Shown piece after piece: positions 12,117 to 21,111 of a DNA stretch of 64,000 bases. Below the pieces are notes generated by a model that worked only from the letters and a program-made list of their open reading frames with translations, made no database searches and was not told the origin of the DNA. Source of the DNA: Candidatus Poribacteria bacterium (GTDB taxonomy: Bacteria > Poribacteria > WGA-4E > WGA-3G); the NCBI GenBank assembly GCA_963667805.1, contig OY764016.1, positions 4,952,081-5,016,080 on the forward strand, written 5' to 3'. Each line of letters begins with the position of its first letter. The stretch's first letter is position 1. A program made the position numbers and the translations under genes.

Positions 12117-12172
12117 TCTGACAACTAATCCCTACCTCATTCGTGACAACTGACAACTGATAACCGATAACT
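12117..12172. repeat. Degenerate heptamer tandem repeat (CTGACAA/CCGATAA)
   Basis: gtgacaa-ctgacaa-ctgataa-ccgataa-ctg; same unit at 16091-16210. Confidence 0.6.
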
Positions 12173-12185
12173 GTTACGATTTTAG

Positions 12186-12214
12186 TTGCAATTACACGAG
12201 AAATGTGTTAAAAT
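12186..12214 (+). promoter_or_regulatory. Sigma70-type promoter for HNH-rnpA operon
   Basis: TTGCAA-N17-TAAAAT with extended TG. Confidence 0.6.
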
Positions 12215-12260
12215 TCATAAGAGTTAATGTGGTTAAAGTTAGTTGTCTAAGTTAGAGGGC

Positions 12261-12779
12261 ATGCAAGTGGAAATATCTGTTTTAGTACTTAACGCCAGCT
12301 ACGAAGCAATCAACGTTTGTAACCTCAGGCGCGCTATGAAAATGGTTTTTAAGGGCACTGCACAGACTGAAGAAGTCTCTGATGTTGAGATTCATTCACC
12401 CAGTGCTGCGATGAAAGTCCCACATGTAATTCGGTTAGTAAACTACGTCCACGTCCCGCGCAGCGTCGTCAAATTTTCACGGAGGAATGTTCTCGTCCGT
12501 GACCAGTATACATGCCAATACTGTCATAGCGAGTTCCCAGCAGCGCAACTCACGATGGACCATGTGATACCGCTCTCTCGCGGCGGAGAAACGACATGGG
12601 AGAACGTTGTGACGGCCTGCAAAGAGTGTAATAACAAAAAGGGCAGTAAAATGCTCTATGAAACGCGATGGAAACTGCAACGTCAGCCGAAAACACCGTC
12701 AATTTTGACCTATTTGCAACTCAATCGTCACTTTCGCGGGTGCCACCCATCGTGGAGAAAATATCTGTATATCAACTAA
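12261..12779 (+). CDS. HNH endonuclease (McrA-like, VLVLNASYE family)
   Basis: RDQYTCQYC...TMDHVIPLSRGG...WENVVTACKECNNKKG; start at 12243, 12261 or 12267. Confidence 0.9.
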   Translation: MQVEISVLVLNASYEAINVCNLRRAMKMVFKGTAQTEEVSDVEIHSPSAAMKVPHVIRLVNYVHVPRSVVKFSRRNVLVRDQYTCQYCHSEFPAAQLTMDHVIPLSRGGETTWENVVTACKECNNKKGSKMLYETRWKLQRQPKTPSILTYLQLNRHFRGCHPSWRKYLYIN

Positions 12780-12782
12780 ATC

Positions 12783-13118
12783 ATGCACGATCCGAAAAAA
12801 CTAAAAAAACGTTGGGAATTCCAGCGTGCCTATCAGAAGGGCGATAAGTATTGGAATCGCTATTTTGTGATATACGTCTTCCACAACCATTTCAATAACC
12901 TCCGATTAGGAATAACCGTCAGTAAAAAAGTCGGAAAAAGCGTTCAGCGGAATCGGGTCAAAAGGCTCATTCGTGAATCATTTCGGCAGTTACGTCCACG
13001 AATAAAAACTGAATATGACATCGTAGTTGTCGGAAGAACACCAGCCTGTCGACTCACGTGTCAAGAAGCAAAAGATGGATTGTTTCACCTTTTTCGGAAA
13101 GCATCTATTTTAATCTAA
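12783..13118 (+). CDS. rnpA: Ribonuclease P protein component
   Basis: RLGITVSKKVGKSVQRNRVKRLIRE RNR motif; synteny with yidD-yidC. Confidence 0.97.
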   Translation: MHDPKKLKKRWEFQRAYQKGDKYWNRYFVIYVFHNHFNNLRLGITVSKKVGKSVQRNRVKRLIRESFRQLRPRIKTEYDIVVVGRTPACRLTCQEAKDGLFHLFRKASILI

Positions 13119-13174
13119 GTTGTTATTTCAAACATGGGCGTTATTTTTTTAACGTTCTGAGTTCCTAAAGAGAG

Positions 13175-13308
13175 TCCCTCGGGTGTTCGCAGGAGTTGAC
13201 CCCCAGATAAGAAAATTACCTAAAACCCCCAGCGAGGCGACAGATGTGTAGAAGGATAGAGGCGTGCCACATTGTAAGTACTGCGAAAAGAATATAAATC
13301 GAAAGGGA
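13175..13308 (+). ncRNA. Candidate structured ncRNA (weak 6S-like resemblance)
   Basis: Nested complementarity TCCCT/AGGGA, TTCGCAG/CTGCGAA and ACAgATGTG/CACATTGT in an unusually long rnpA-yidD spacer. Confidence 0.25.
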
Positions 13309-13317
13309 AGCCAGCGG

Positions 13318-13545
13318 ATGCGCAGTAAATTGGATGGGACGGTGATACTTCTACAACCCATCCGCTTTTATCGACGCTTTATTTCGCCGTTCTTACCACC
13401 GTCCTGCCGCTTTTATCCGACATGCTCACAATATGCCCTCCAAGCGTTAAAACGCTACGGTGCTTTCAAAGGGTGCTGGCTAACAATTAAACGACTTTCA
13501 AAATGTCACCCTTACCATCCGGGAGGCTTTGACCCTCTAAAATAG
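13318..13545 (+). CDS. yidD: Membrane protein insertion efficiency factor YidD
   Basis: [21 protein letters not shown]...[12 protein letters not shown]; alternative start GTG 13264. Confidence 0.95.
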   Translation: MRSKLDGTVILLQPIRFYRRFISPFLPPSCRFYPTCSQYALQALKRYGAFKGCWLTIKRLSKCHPYHPGGFDPLK

Positions 13546-13636
13546 TACGGAGGAACGCACGTCAACATCGAAACGCATATCCTTCCGCCCCAAAGTAAAA
13601 TTAAAAAACACAAAAAGTGAGGAGCGTCTAATCTCA

Positions 13637-15460
13637 ATGGGAGTACGTTATATTCTTGCCTTGGTTCTAATGATTGCAGTGATGATCGGATGGAGCCTAT
13701 TTTTCGGCAAACGTTTTGCCCCGCAACCCGAGGACCCCACAACTACCGAGACACCAGCAGCGCCCAGTCCAAGTGAGGCACAATCGGGCACTGCAACACA
13801 CGGAACACTCGATGGAACCGATGCGTCCGTGAGTCCTGACCTCTGGACACCCGTTGAAGAAAGTCCAGACGACGCAAAAGTCAGCGTCCAAACCGATAAC
13901 TACACTATTGTTTTTAACGAGAAACTCGCAATCCCTAAACGGTGGCAATTAAATCATTTTCCAGACAGGACCGACGCAGACAAAACCCCTTTGAACCTGA
14001 TTCCTGAAGACGCACTCAACTGCCTCGCACTTCGGTTCGGCAATTCGCAGCTCCAACTCGATGCACTCCGTGTCAGGTGGAAGGCTGACAAATCCGAAGT
14101 TAACATCACGAATGGACAAAATGCTGATACACTCATCTTCAGGGCACCAATCGGGGAAAAATTACAGGTCGCAAAGCAGTTCACCTTCAATCCGGACAAC
14201 TACTTCGTTGATATGACGCTAACCTTCCAAAATATCTCTGATGAACCGCTGCTTATGGGTGGAACCGAACCCGCAAATGGATACCAACTTCAGTGGGGAC
14301 GAGGTATTAATGCCGATCTGCTTCCACATGAAAAAAAGAGCGGCAAACGTGGACGACGCGGCAGTGAAGGTGCAAAAGCGTATATCGGTGAAGACAAACC
14401 GAGGCGTGAACTCAAGTCTGAACGGGCGTTAGCCACGGTCCTCTGGGCTGGCATGGACAGCCAGTACTTCAGCGCATTGATGATTCCAGATCAGCAGCTG
14501 GCCGCTACCTATAAATTTATAGAGACACCACAGGCGGATGTTACAACCGATATTGCTGTTACCGCACCAACAGAGACTGCCGCACTCGTTGTCCCGAGTT
14601 TTTATCTCGCACCACAGGAAAAGAAAACGCATGTTTTTCGGCTCTACGTTGGTCCGAAGGACGATACGATCCTAAAAAGTATAGAAGCACCGAATGCACC
14701 TGAAAACCCAGTGCGTCTCTCGAAAATCATTGATTTCGGATTCTTCTGGCCCCTCGCATGGGGAATGCTCTGGATATTTAAAGGTTTTCACAGTGTTGTT
14801 GGAAACTACGGCGTCGCGATTATCCTCCTGACCGCTTTGGTGAAGGTCATCTCTTATCCCTTCACGCGCAAAGCACATAAATCTATGAAGGAGATGCAGA
14901 AACTTCAACCGCAGTTAGTGGAATTGAAGGAGAAATACAGGGATGACCCGCAGAAACTCAATCGCGCCACGATGCGGCTTTACAAGGAGCACGGCGTCAA
15001 CCCGTTAGGAGGCTGTATACCATGGCTCCCACAAATTCCTATCTTTTGGGCACTCTTCGCACTTCTTGGAAGCGCAGTGGAACTCCGTGGAGCACCCTTC
15101 CTTTTATGGATTGATGACCTTTCTGCTCCCGACACTTTAATCGAACTGCCTTTCACGATTCCATTGATTGTCACGCAAATAGATGCCGTCCGCCTATTAC
15201 CTATAATAAACGGCTTAACAACCTGGCTCCAACAGAAATTCGTCGGCAATATGGCACCAACAACGGACAACATGCAAGCGAAATTAATGCAGTTTATGCC
15301 TCTCATTTTTATCTTCATCTTTTATAACTGGGCATCCGGGTTTGTGTTGTATTGGTTGTGTAATAATGTTTTCACGATAGCACAACAATACTTACAAAAC
15401 CGAACCGAGACTGACGAGGATCAATCCACACCAGCAGGCACGAAAAGAAGGAAAAATTAA
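13637..15460 (+). CDS. yidC: Membrane protein insertase YidC
   Basis: N-terminal TM, large periplasmic domain, IDFGFF, GVNPLGGC, WIDDLSAPD and LYW motifs. Confidence 0.97.
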   Translation: MGVRYILALVLMIAVMIGWSLFFGKRFAPQPEDPTTTETPAAPSPSEAQSGTATHGTLDGTDASVSPDLWTPVEESPDDAKVSVQTDNYTIVFNEKLAIPKRWQLNHFPDRTDADKTPLNLIPEDALNCLALRFGNSQLQLDALRVRWKADKSEVNITNGQNADTLIFRAPIGEKLQVAKQFTFNPDNYFVDMTLTFQNISDEPLLMGGTEPANGYQLQWGRGINADLLPHEKKSGKRGRRGSEGAKAYIGEDKPRRELKSERALATVLWAGMDSQYFSALMIPDQQLAATYKFIETPQADVTTDIAVTAPTETAALVVPSFYLAPQEKKTHVFRLYVGPKDDTILKSIEAPNAPENPVRLSKIIDFGFFWPLAWGMLWIFKGFHSVVGNYGVAIILLTALVKVISYPFTRKAHKSMKEMQKLQPQLVELKEKYRDDPQKLNRATMRLYKEHGVNPLGGCIPWLPQIPIFWALFALLGSAVELRGAPFLLWIDDLSAPDTLIELPFTIPLIVTQIDAVRLLPIINGLTTWLQQKFVGNMAPTTDNMQAKLMQFMPLIFIFIFYNWASGFVLYWLCNNVFTIAQQYLQNRTETDEDQSTPAGTKRRKN

Positions 15461-15461
15461 A

Positions 15462-16085
15462 ATGCAGCACTACATCGAAACCGAAGGCGATACTGTGGAA
15501 GAAGCAATTGAACACGCCCTCGCCGAACTTGAAGCAACTCGCGATCAGGTCACGATTGACATCGTCAGTGAACCTACGAAAGGGATTTTAAACTTCGGTG
15601 CTAAACCCGCGAAGGTCCGCGCAACGCTCAAACAAGATGTCTCTTCCGCACCGGAAACGATTCTAAAGGAAATGCTCAACCGGATGGGAATCGACGCGGA
15701 GGTTGAATCGAGTTTTGTTGACGGAAGTATACACCTCAATATTGCCACCGACAGTCCTGCCCTACTCATCGGGAAACACGGGCAAACCCTTGATGCAATC
15801 GAACGTTTGCTTAATTGTATCGTCAACAAAGCCTCGCTTGTAAAAAGACGCGTTTTCGTCAACACGGAGGGCTATCGAGAACGCCGGGAAGAACGACTCG
15901 TCGAGATGGCACACCAAGTCGCTGAAAAGGTCAGGTATACGGATCGGGAAGTCGTCCTCGCACCGATGTCCGCACGCGATCGCCGTATCATTCATGTTAC
16001 CTTGAAAGGAGACGAGGTTGTGTCTACCTACAGCCAAGGTGAGGGTGAAATGCGACGCGTCGTCGTCACAACACAACAACCTTAA
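15462..16085 (+). CDS. jag: RNA-binding protein Jag/EloR (KhpB)
   Basis: Jag_N (GDTVEEAI), KH (LLIGKHGQTLDAI) and R3H (RDRRIIH) domains. Confidence 0.93.
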   Translation: MQHYIETEGDTVEEAIEHALAELEATRDQVTIDIVSEPTKGILNFGAKPAKVRATLKQDVSSAPETILKEMLNRMGIDAEVESSFVDGSIHLNIATDSPALLIGKHGQTLDAIERLLNCIVNKASLVKRRVFVNTEGYRERREERLVEMAHQVAEKVRYTDREVVLAPMSARDRRIIHVTLKGDEVVSTYSQGEGEMRRVVVTTQQP

Positions 16086-16090
16086 AAGGG

Positions 16091-16210
16091 TTGTCAGTTG
16101 TCGGTTAAGAGCCTTTCGTTTAACAAACTCCTCTTGTAACCGATAACCGATAACCGAAAGCATTGCGTAGCAATGCGCACCGATAACCATCTATCTGAAA
16201 ATCGATAACT
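16091..16210. repeat. Inverted heptamer-repeat hairpin
   Basis: TTGTCAGTTGTCGGTTAAGAG...CTCTTGTAACCGATAACCGATAACCGA, plus further CCGATAA units. Confidence 0.6.
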
Positions 16211-16215
16211 ATTCT

Positions 16216-17604
16216 ATGAAGTTCCACGATACGATTGCAGCCATCGCAACAGCACGCGGTGAAGCCGGCATCGGCATCGTCCGAGTGAGTGGGGACCTTG
16301 CCCGACCGATTGCTGCTGAATTGTTCCAGTCACCGCGCGGTGTGTCTCCCACAGAACTATCAACGCATACACTTACTTATGGACACGTCATAGATACAAA
16401 CGCATCCGATGAAGTCATTGACGAAGTGCTACTCGGTATCATGCACGCACCGAACACATATACCGGTGAAGACATCGTCGAATTTAACTGCCACGGCGGA
16501 ATCCTGACACTCACGACAGTGCTGGGCCTGGTGGTAAAGAGTGGGGCACGGGTCGCCGAACCCGGAGAATTTACAAAACGTGCCTTTCTCAACGGAAGAC
16601 TGGATTTAGCACAAGCGGAAGCAGTTGCCGAACTCATCGCCTCGAAAACAGATCTCAGCCGAAAGATCGCTATAGACGCACTTGCCGGAAAACTCTCTGA
16701 TACTGTCAATTCTCTCAGCGATCGACTCGCTGACTTGCTCGCAGAAATTGAAGCTTCCATCGACTTCCCCGAGGAAGATCTGGATTTCATGAAGGTAGAA
16801 ACGCAACTTGAAGCGGCGCGTGCTGTTCAGAACGACTTAACCACACTCCTTGACACCGCCGATGAGGGTAGAATTATCGCGGAAGGGGTTAATGTCGCTA
16901 TACTCGGGAAACCCAACGTCGGAAAATCGAGCCTGCTCAATGTACTCGTTGGTGCGACCCGTGCAATCGTTACAGATATACCCGGCACAACACGCGATAC
17001 AATTGAGGAAACGATTAATATCAAGGGCATTCCGTTGAAACTTATTGATACCGCTGGAATTCGACAGACAGATGACATTGTAGAGCAACAAGGCGTTGAA
17101 CGGAGCAAAGCGGTGATTGACAGGGCAGAGCTGTTACTGTTGATGTTTGATGCTTCGCAACCCCTAAACAACGCAGATCTGGAACTCTTACAGATAGCGC
17201 AGTCAGCCAAAGCAATTCTTATTCTCAATAAGGTGGATCTACCAGTTGTGACACCCTCGACGGCATTGCTTGTGCACTGTCCTAAGAAACGGATTGTTGA
17301 GACAGCGATTCCTGAGGACAAAGGACTTGATGCCCTAAAGTCTACGATCTGTGAAGAATTACTGGGAGGCGAATTAAGTGTCGGTGAATCCCCTATTGTG
17401 ACAAACGCTCGCCACCAAGAAGCGCTCCGACGCGCCAGCGAAGGACTCAATTATGCGATAGAGAGTCTCGAAAACGGTATACCGCCTGATCTCGTTGCTG
17501 TTGATCTGCGGATCAGTTTGGAGGGTCTCGGAGACATCGTTGGTAAAACGACAACTGAAGATATTTTGGATAGGATCTTCTCTCAGTTTTGCGTCGGAAA
17601 GTAA
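16216..17604 (+). CDS. mnmE: tRNA modification GTPase MnmE
   Basis: [31 protein letters not shown] and C-terminal FCVGK. Confidence 0.98.
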   Translation: MKFHDTIAAIATARGEAGIGIVRVSGDLARPIAAELFQSPRGVSPTELSTHTLTYGHVIDTNASDEVIDEVLLGIMHAPNTYTGEDIVEFNCHGGILTLTTVLGLVVKSGARVAEPGEFTKRAFLNGRLDLAQAEAVAELIASKTDLSRKIAIDALAGKLSDTVNSLSDRLADLLAEIEASIDFPEEDLDFMKVETQLEAARAVQNDLTTLLDTADEGRIIAEGVNVAILGKPNVGKSSLLNVLVGATRAIVTDIPGTTRDTIEETINIKGIPLKLIDTAGIRQTDDIVEQQGVERSKAVIDRAELLLLMFDASQPLNNADLELLQIAQSAKAILILNKVDLPVVTPSTALLVHCPKKRIVETAIPEDKGLDALKSTICEELLGGELSVGESPIVTNARHQEALRRASEGLNYAIESLENGIPPDLVAVDLRISLEGLGDIVGKTTTEDILDRIFSQFCVGK

Positions 17605-17698
17605 AAAAATGAGAACTTTTATCGTGATTAGGTGTGTCTATTTCCTGTAGGCGAGCAGAGGGAAGCGTTCTGGACACAACATCACAAAGGAGTGAGTC

Positions 17699-17899
17699 AT
17701 GTTGGGAGCAAAACAACAGTGGTGCCCTCGCTGTCAAAGGCACGTCCAAACAGAACAGAAGCAATCCTACATTGGCAGACAGAAAGAGCTCGTCAGGATT
17801 ATTATTACCTGTTTCAAGTGTCGAACAACGCTGTCGAGCAGAACAACCAGCGCGGCCGCGCTTGAGCAGAGCGGAGAAGAGGCACCAACGCAACAGTAG
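17699..17899 (+). CDS. Small putative zinc-ribbon protein (66 aa)
   Basis: AAGGAG RBS; CPRC...CFKC pair; otherwise unexplained spacer. Confidence 0.6.
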   Translation: MLGAKQQWCPRCQRHVQTEQKQSYIGRQKELVRIIITCFKCRTTLSSRTTSAAALEQSGEEAPTQQ

Positions 17900-17981
17900 C
17901 GCAAATGTGCAATAATGCTGTGGAAATAAATGAAATCGTAAGTAAAATAAGTCGTTATTAAACAAAAAAAGGAGAAGATTG

Positions 17982-18896
17982 ATGTTCAATTCTGTTTTTC
18001 GCCGCATATCACTCGGTGTTCTGCTGCTGATGGTAGCCACTGTCCCCGCACTCATCGCGAGCGACGAAATTAAATGGGAAAAAACGCTTGAGGACAGCAT
18101 GTCAAAAGCCGAAAAGACCGGCAAACCGATGATGATGGACTTCTATACCGATTGGTGAGGGTTCTGTAAGCGGCTGGATGCCGAAACGTTCACAGATGCA
18201 CGCATTATCGAGCTTTCTGAGAAGTTTGTTCCCGTCAAAGTGAATCCCGAAGATAAGAGTTATCCACTCAATGAAGAGACGCGGAGTCGATACGGGGTCA
18301 CTGCTTACCCAGCAGTCCTGTTCGTCAGCCCAGATGGAGGTCTCATCCAAAGGGCTTCAGGATTTCTCACACCGGAACAGTTTTCACCGATTATGCAAGA
18401 TGCTTTGGCAAAAGAGGAAGTCTTTTCAAAGAAACTCGACGAACTCAAGAAGAAGCCAGACGATGCCAAACTCAACGCTCAAGTCGCGCTGACCTACATT
18501 GAACGGAACCAACTCGAAAAAGCAGTCTCGTTCAGTGAGAAAGCGTTTGAGCATGATCCGAGAAACCGGACGAAACTCCTCCCCGACCTACACAACCGAT
18601 TGGGACTCGCTTACGGCGGACTGGTTGAAAAGGCGATGCTTGAAAACACCGAAGAAGCGGAGATGCACTTTCAAAAGGCTGTCTCTCACTTCAAAGTCGT
18701 CATAGACACGTACCCGAAAAGCAAGGCACATGAACCCGCCCAATACTATCTCGGCGTAACATACGCCATCAAAGGGAATTTTGAAGATGCGATCGCCATG
18801 CTTGAGAAGTTATCCCACCATGCTAAGGATAAGAACATAAGGCAAAACGCTGAGGCGATGCTGGAACGGGTCAAAGATTTGGCGAGTTCGAACTAA
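17982..18896 (+). CDS. Exported thioredoxin-like/TPR selenoprotein (UxxC), 304 aa with Sec at TGA 18156-18158
   Basis: AAGGAG RBS, signal peptide, IKWEKTL...GKPMMMDFYTDW-TGA-GFC continuing in frame into the 18240-18896 ORF (YGVTAYP cis-Pro motif, TPR helices). Confidence 0.88.
18163..18196 (+). promoter_or_regulatory. Putative bacterial SECIS hairpin
   Basis: TCTGT/ACAGA lower stem, CGGC-TGGAT-GCCG upper stem-loop; G-containing loop starts 16 nt after the UGA. Confidence 0.65.
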
Positions 18897-18905
18897 CAAT
18901 TTCTG

Positions 18906-18996
18906 GTAGGTGCGGTTTTGCGGCGTACTCGCCCCGGTGAATGCCACACGGCATTCATATCGTTGATTCATGCGACCTGCATTCAAACCGCACCTA
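18906..18996. repeat. REP/MITE-like inverted-repeat element between convergent genes
   Basis: TAGGTGCGGTTT (18907-18918) / AAACCGCACCTA (18985-18996) with inner GAATGCC..GGCATTC hairpin; related to 50744-50767. Confidence 0.6.
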
Positions 18997-19704
18997 TAAC
19001 ATCAACGCAGAGATCTCCTCTGTGGTCAGAAGTCGATACTGTCCAGACGGAAGATTCCCTAACCGCAAATTGCCGATTCGGACCCGCTTCAAACGGATGA
19101 CTGGGTGTCCAACGGCTTTAAACATTAAACGGACCTGCCGTTTCTTTCCCTCGTGAATCACGACCTCAAATTTCGCTGTCGCGCCATCTTTACTGACTCT
19201 TAAACGCTTGACCTTCGCTGGTGCCGTCCTTCCGCTCGGAATTGTGATCCCTTCACGCAACCGCTGAGCCGCTTCGTCGCGCGGCACACCTTTCACCCAT
19301 ACGAGATAAGTTTTCTCTACTTCATGGCTCGGATGTAGCAACCGATATGCAAAGTTTCCGTCATTTGTGAAGAGAAGAAGTCCTTCGGTCTCCAAATCTA
19401 AGCGTCCGACAGGATAGATGGTGTCGGACAGGTCCGAGACGAGATCCATGACGGTAGGTCTCCCGCGTTCATCGTGGCGCGTCGTTAGACAGCCTGCAGG
19501 CTTATTCAGCATCAAATAGATGTGTTCTGCTAACGGTTCAACCTGTTTCCCCTCAAATTCAATAGTATCGATTCCCACTTCAATCGGGTGTCCCGGAACC
19601 AAAACGGGTTCGCCGTTGACAGTGACTAAACCGGCATGGATGCTCTTTTTTACCGACCGCCGCGAGGCGATTCCTGAGGTAGCAATATACTTTTCAAGTC
19701 TCAT
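18994..19704 (-). CDS. rluB: rRNA pseudouridine synthase, RsuA/RluB family
   Basis: S4 domain MRLEKYIA..G.ASRR; YPVGRLD..TEGLLLFTNDG; IHEGKKRQVR. Confidence 0.88.
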   Translation of the reverse strand: MRLEKYIATSGIASRRSVKKSIHAGLVTVNGEPVLVPGHPIEVGIDTIEFEGKQVEPLAEHIYLMLNKPAGCLTTRHDERGRPTVMDLVSDLSDTIYPVGRLDLETEGLLLFTNDGNFAYRLLHPSHEVEKTYLVWVKGVPRDEAAQRLREGITIPSGRTAPAKVKRLRVSKDGATAKFEVVIHEGKKRQVRLMFKAVGHPVIRLKRVRIGNLRLGNLPSGQYRLLTTEEISALML

Positions 19705-20342
19705 TTTTCGATGTCCCAACCCTTTTCCGTTGCAATTTGCCGCAATTTTCGGTCGGGGTTGACGGCAACTGGGTGTCCAAATAACGCCAGTTTATAGGCA
19801 TCCGTGTGATGGTTTCCGTATGCGTAGGAAGCACTCAGGTCAAATCCGTGTTCAGTCGCGAGTTGGTGGGCAAGTCTCGCTTTGTTTTCCGCAAAAGGAT
19901 GCAATCCGATACGTTGTCCTGTAAATCTTCCATCAACGACTTCCAATTCGTGCGCGACCATCATATCGGTTTGAAAATGCTCATGAAACGGCTCAACGAG
20001 GAACGACAACGAACCTGACATGAGAATAACCGTTCGTCCTTCGGCACGGTGGGCGTGGATCAAATCGGGAATGTGAGGCGCGATACTCGCACGCAACCTC
20101 TCGACAAAACAGCGATGTGCAATCTCATGGATGTGATTCTGTTCTAAACCGCGGAGATAGATTTTGTTGGATTTTGCCACGGGTAAGGACTTAACCCTCA
20201 GAAAATTGGAGGTCCACGCAAGCAGATTCGGTATAGGGATCTCACCGTGGTTCAACAGATATGTTAAAAAAACCTGTTCTGAGGAGAGACGGATGATCGT
20301 GCCATCTAAGTCGAAAATGGCACATGTTTTAGATGCTGTCAT
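19701..20342 (-). CDS. HAD-IB family hydrolase
   Basis: IFDLDGT, ILMSGS, YAYGN..TD and PVAVNPD motifs. Confidence 0.88.
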   Translation of the reverse strand: MTASKTCAIFDLDGTIIRLSSEQVFLTYLLNHGEIPIPNLLAWTSNFLRVKSLPVAKSNKIYLRGLEQNHIHEIAHRCFVERLRASIAPHIPDLIHAHRAEGRTVILMSGSLSFLVEPFHEHFQTDMMVAHELEVVDGRFTGQRIGLHPFAENKARLAHQLATEHGFDLSASYAYGNHHTDAYKLALFGHPVAVNPDRKLRQIATEKGWDIEK

Positions 20343-21091
20343 GTCGTCTGTTGCCCTAATGCGCGTCGATAGGCTTTAACAGCGGCTTCCATCCCAATAT
20401 AAAGTGCATCCGCCATGAGATGGTGTCCGATGGAGACTTCAAGAAGGCCCGGTAATTTCTGCATCAACGGTAGGTTTTCAAGATTCAGATCGTGTCCAGC
20501 ATTGACACCCAGCCCTAAATCTACCGCTTTTGTCGAGGCATTTTCCAATAATGCAAATTCATGTTCAATTTCCGGCTGTGTCTGTGCCATCGCGTAGGGT
20601 GCGGTATAAAGTTCAATTCTGTCTGTGCCGATGTCACGTGTTCTCGCTATCTGTTCCATGTCTGTTCCACTAAATAGACTCACACGGATATCAGCATTTT
20701 TCAGCGTTTCAATGATGGGTTTCAATATATCGCCATCTTTGCGTATGTCCCAGACGGTGTGACTTGTTATTTCACCTACGACGACTGGAACAAGCGTGCA
20801 TTGTGTCGGTTTTGTCCGTAGCACCATATCAATGAGGTCAGGTCTCGGATCGCCTTCGATGTTATATTCAATGTTGGGGGATTCTTGCGTATTAATTTCT
20901 ATTAACCGTTCAGCGATGTCCTGTACATCTGCTGGGGTGATATGACGCTGATCCTCGCGCGGGTGCACGGTAATGCCTTGCGCACCAGCGGCGACACAGG
21001 TATCGACAGCGGTGAGAATATCCGGAATATCACCCCCTCGGGAGTTTCGTAATGTTGCAATTTTATTGACATTGACACTTAATGCTATCAT
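20339..21091 (-). CDS. pdxJ: Pyridoxine 5'-phosphate synthase
   Basis: LSVNVNKIATLRNSRG, GITVHPREDQRHI, VNAGHDL and EVSIGH. Confidence 0.97.
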   Translation of the reverse strand: MIALSVNVNKIATLRNSRGGDIPDILTAVDTCVAAGAQGITVHPREDQRHITPADVQDIAERLIEINTQESPNIEYNIEGDPRPDLIDMVLRTKPTQCTLVPVVVGEITSHTVWDIRKDGDILKPIIETLKNADIRVSLFSGTDMEQIARTRDIGTDRIELYTAPYAMAQTQPEIEHEFALLENASTKAVDLGLGVNAGHDLNLENLPLMQKLPGLLEVSIGHHLMADALYIGMEAAVKAYRRALGQQTT

Positions 21092-21111
21092 TTTTGCTCC
21101 ATCAGATCCTT

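Noticed and set aside
12117-16210. Short repeats considered as a CRISPR array
   Set aside because: Units are 7 nt with no unique spacers; no regular repeat-spacer array or cas gene was seen anywhere in the window
17513-18124. 203-aa minus-strand ORF and plus-strand ORFs 17632-17865 and 17634-17915
   Set aside because: They overlap better-supported genes and lack an RBS or motifs; 17699-17899 has a strong RBS and Cys pairs
18156-18158. Genome-wide UGA reassignment (code 4 or 25) as the explanation for the in-frame TGA
   Set aside because: Several well-defined genes in the window end at TGA (e.g. 8862, 29024, 33083), no other gene shows an internal TGA, and this one aligns with a catalytic Cys, which fits selenocysteine
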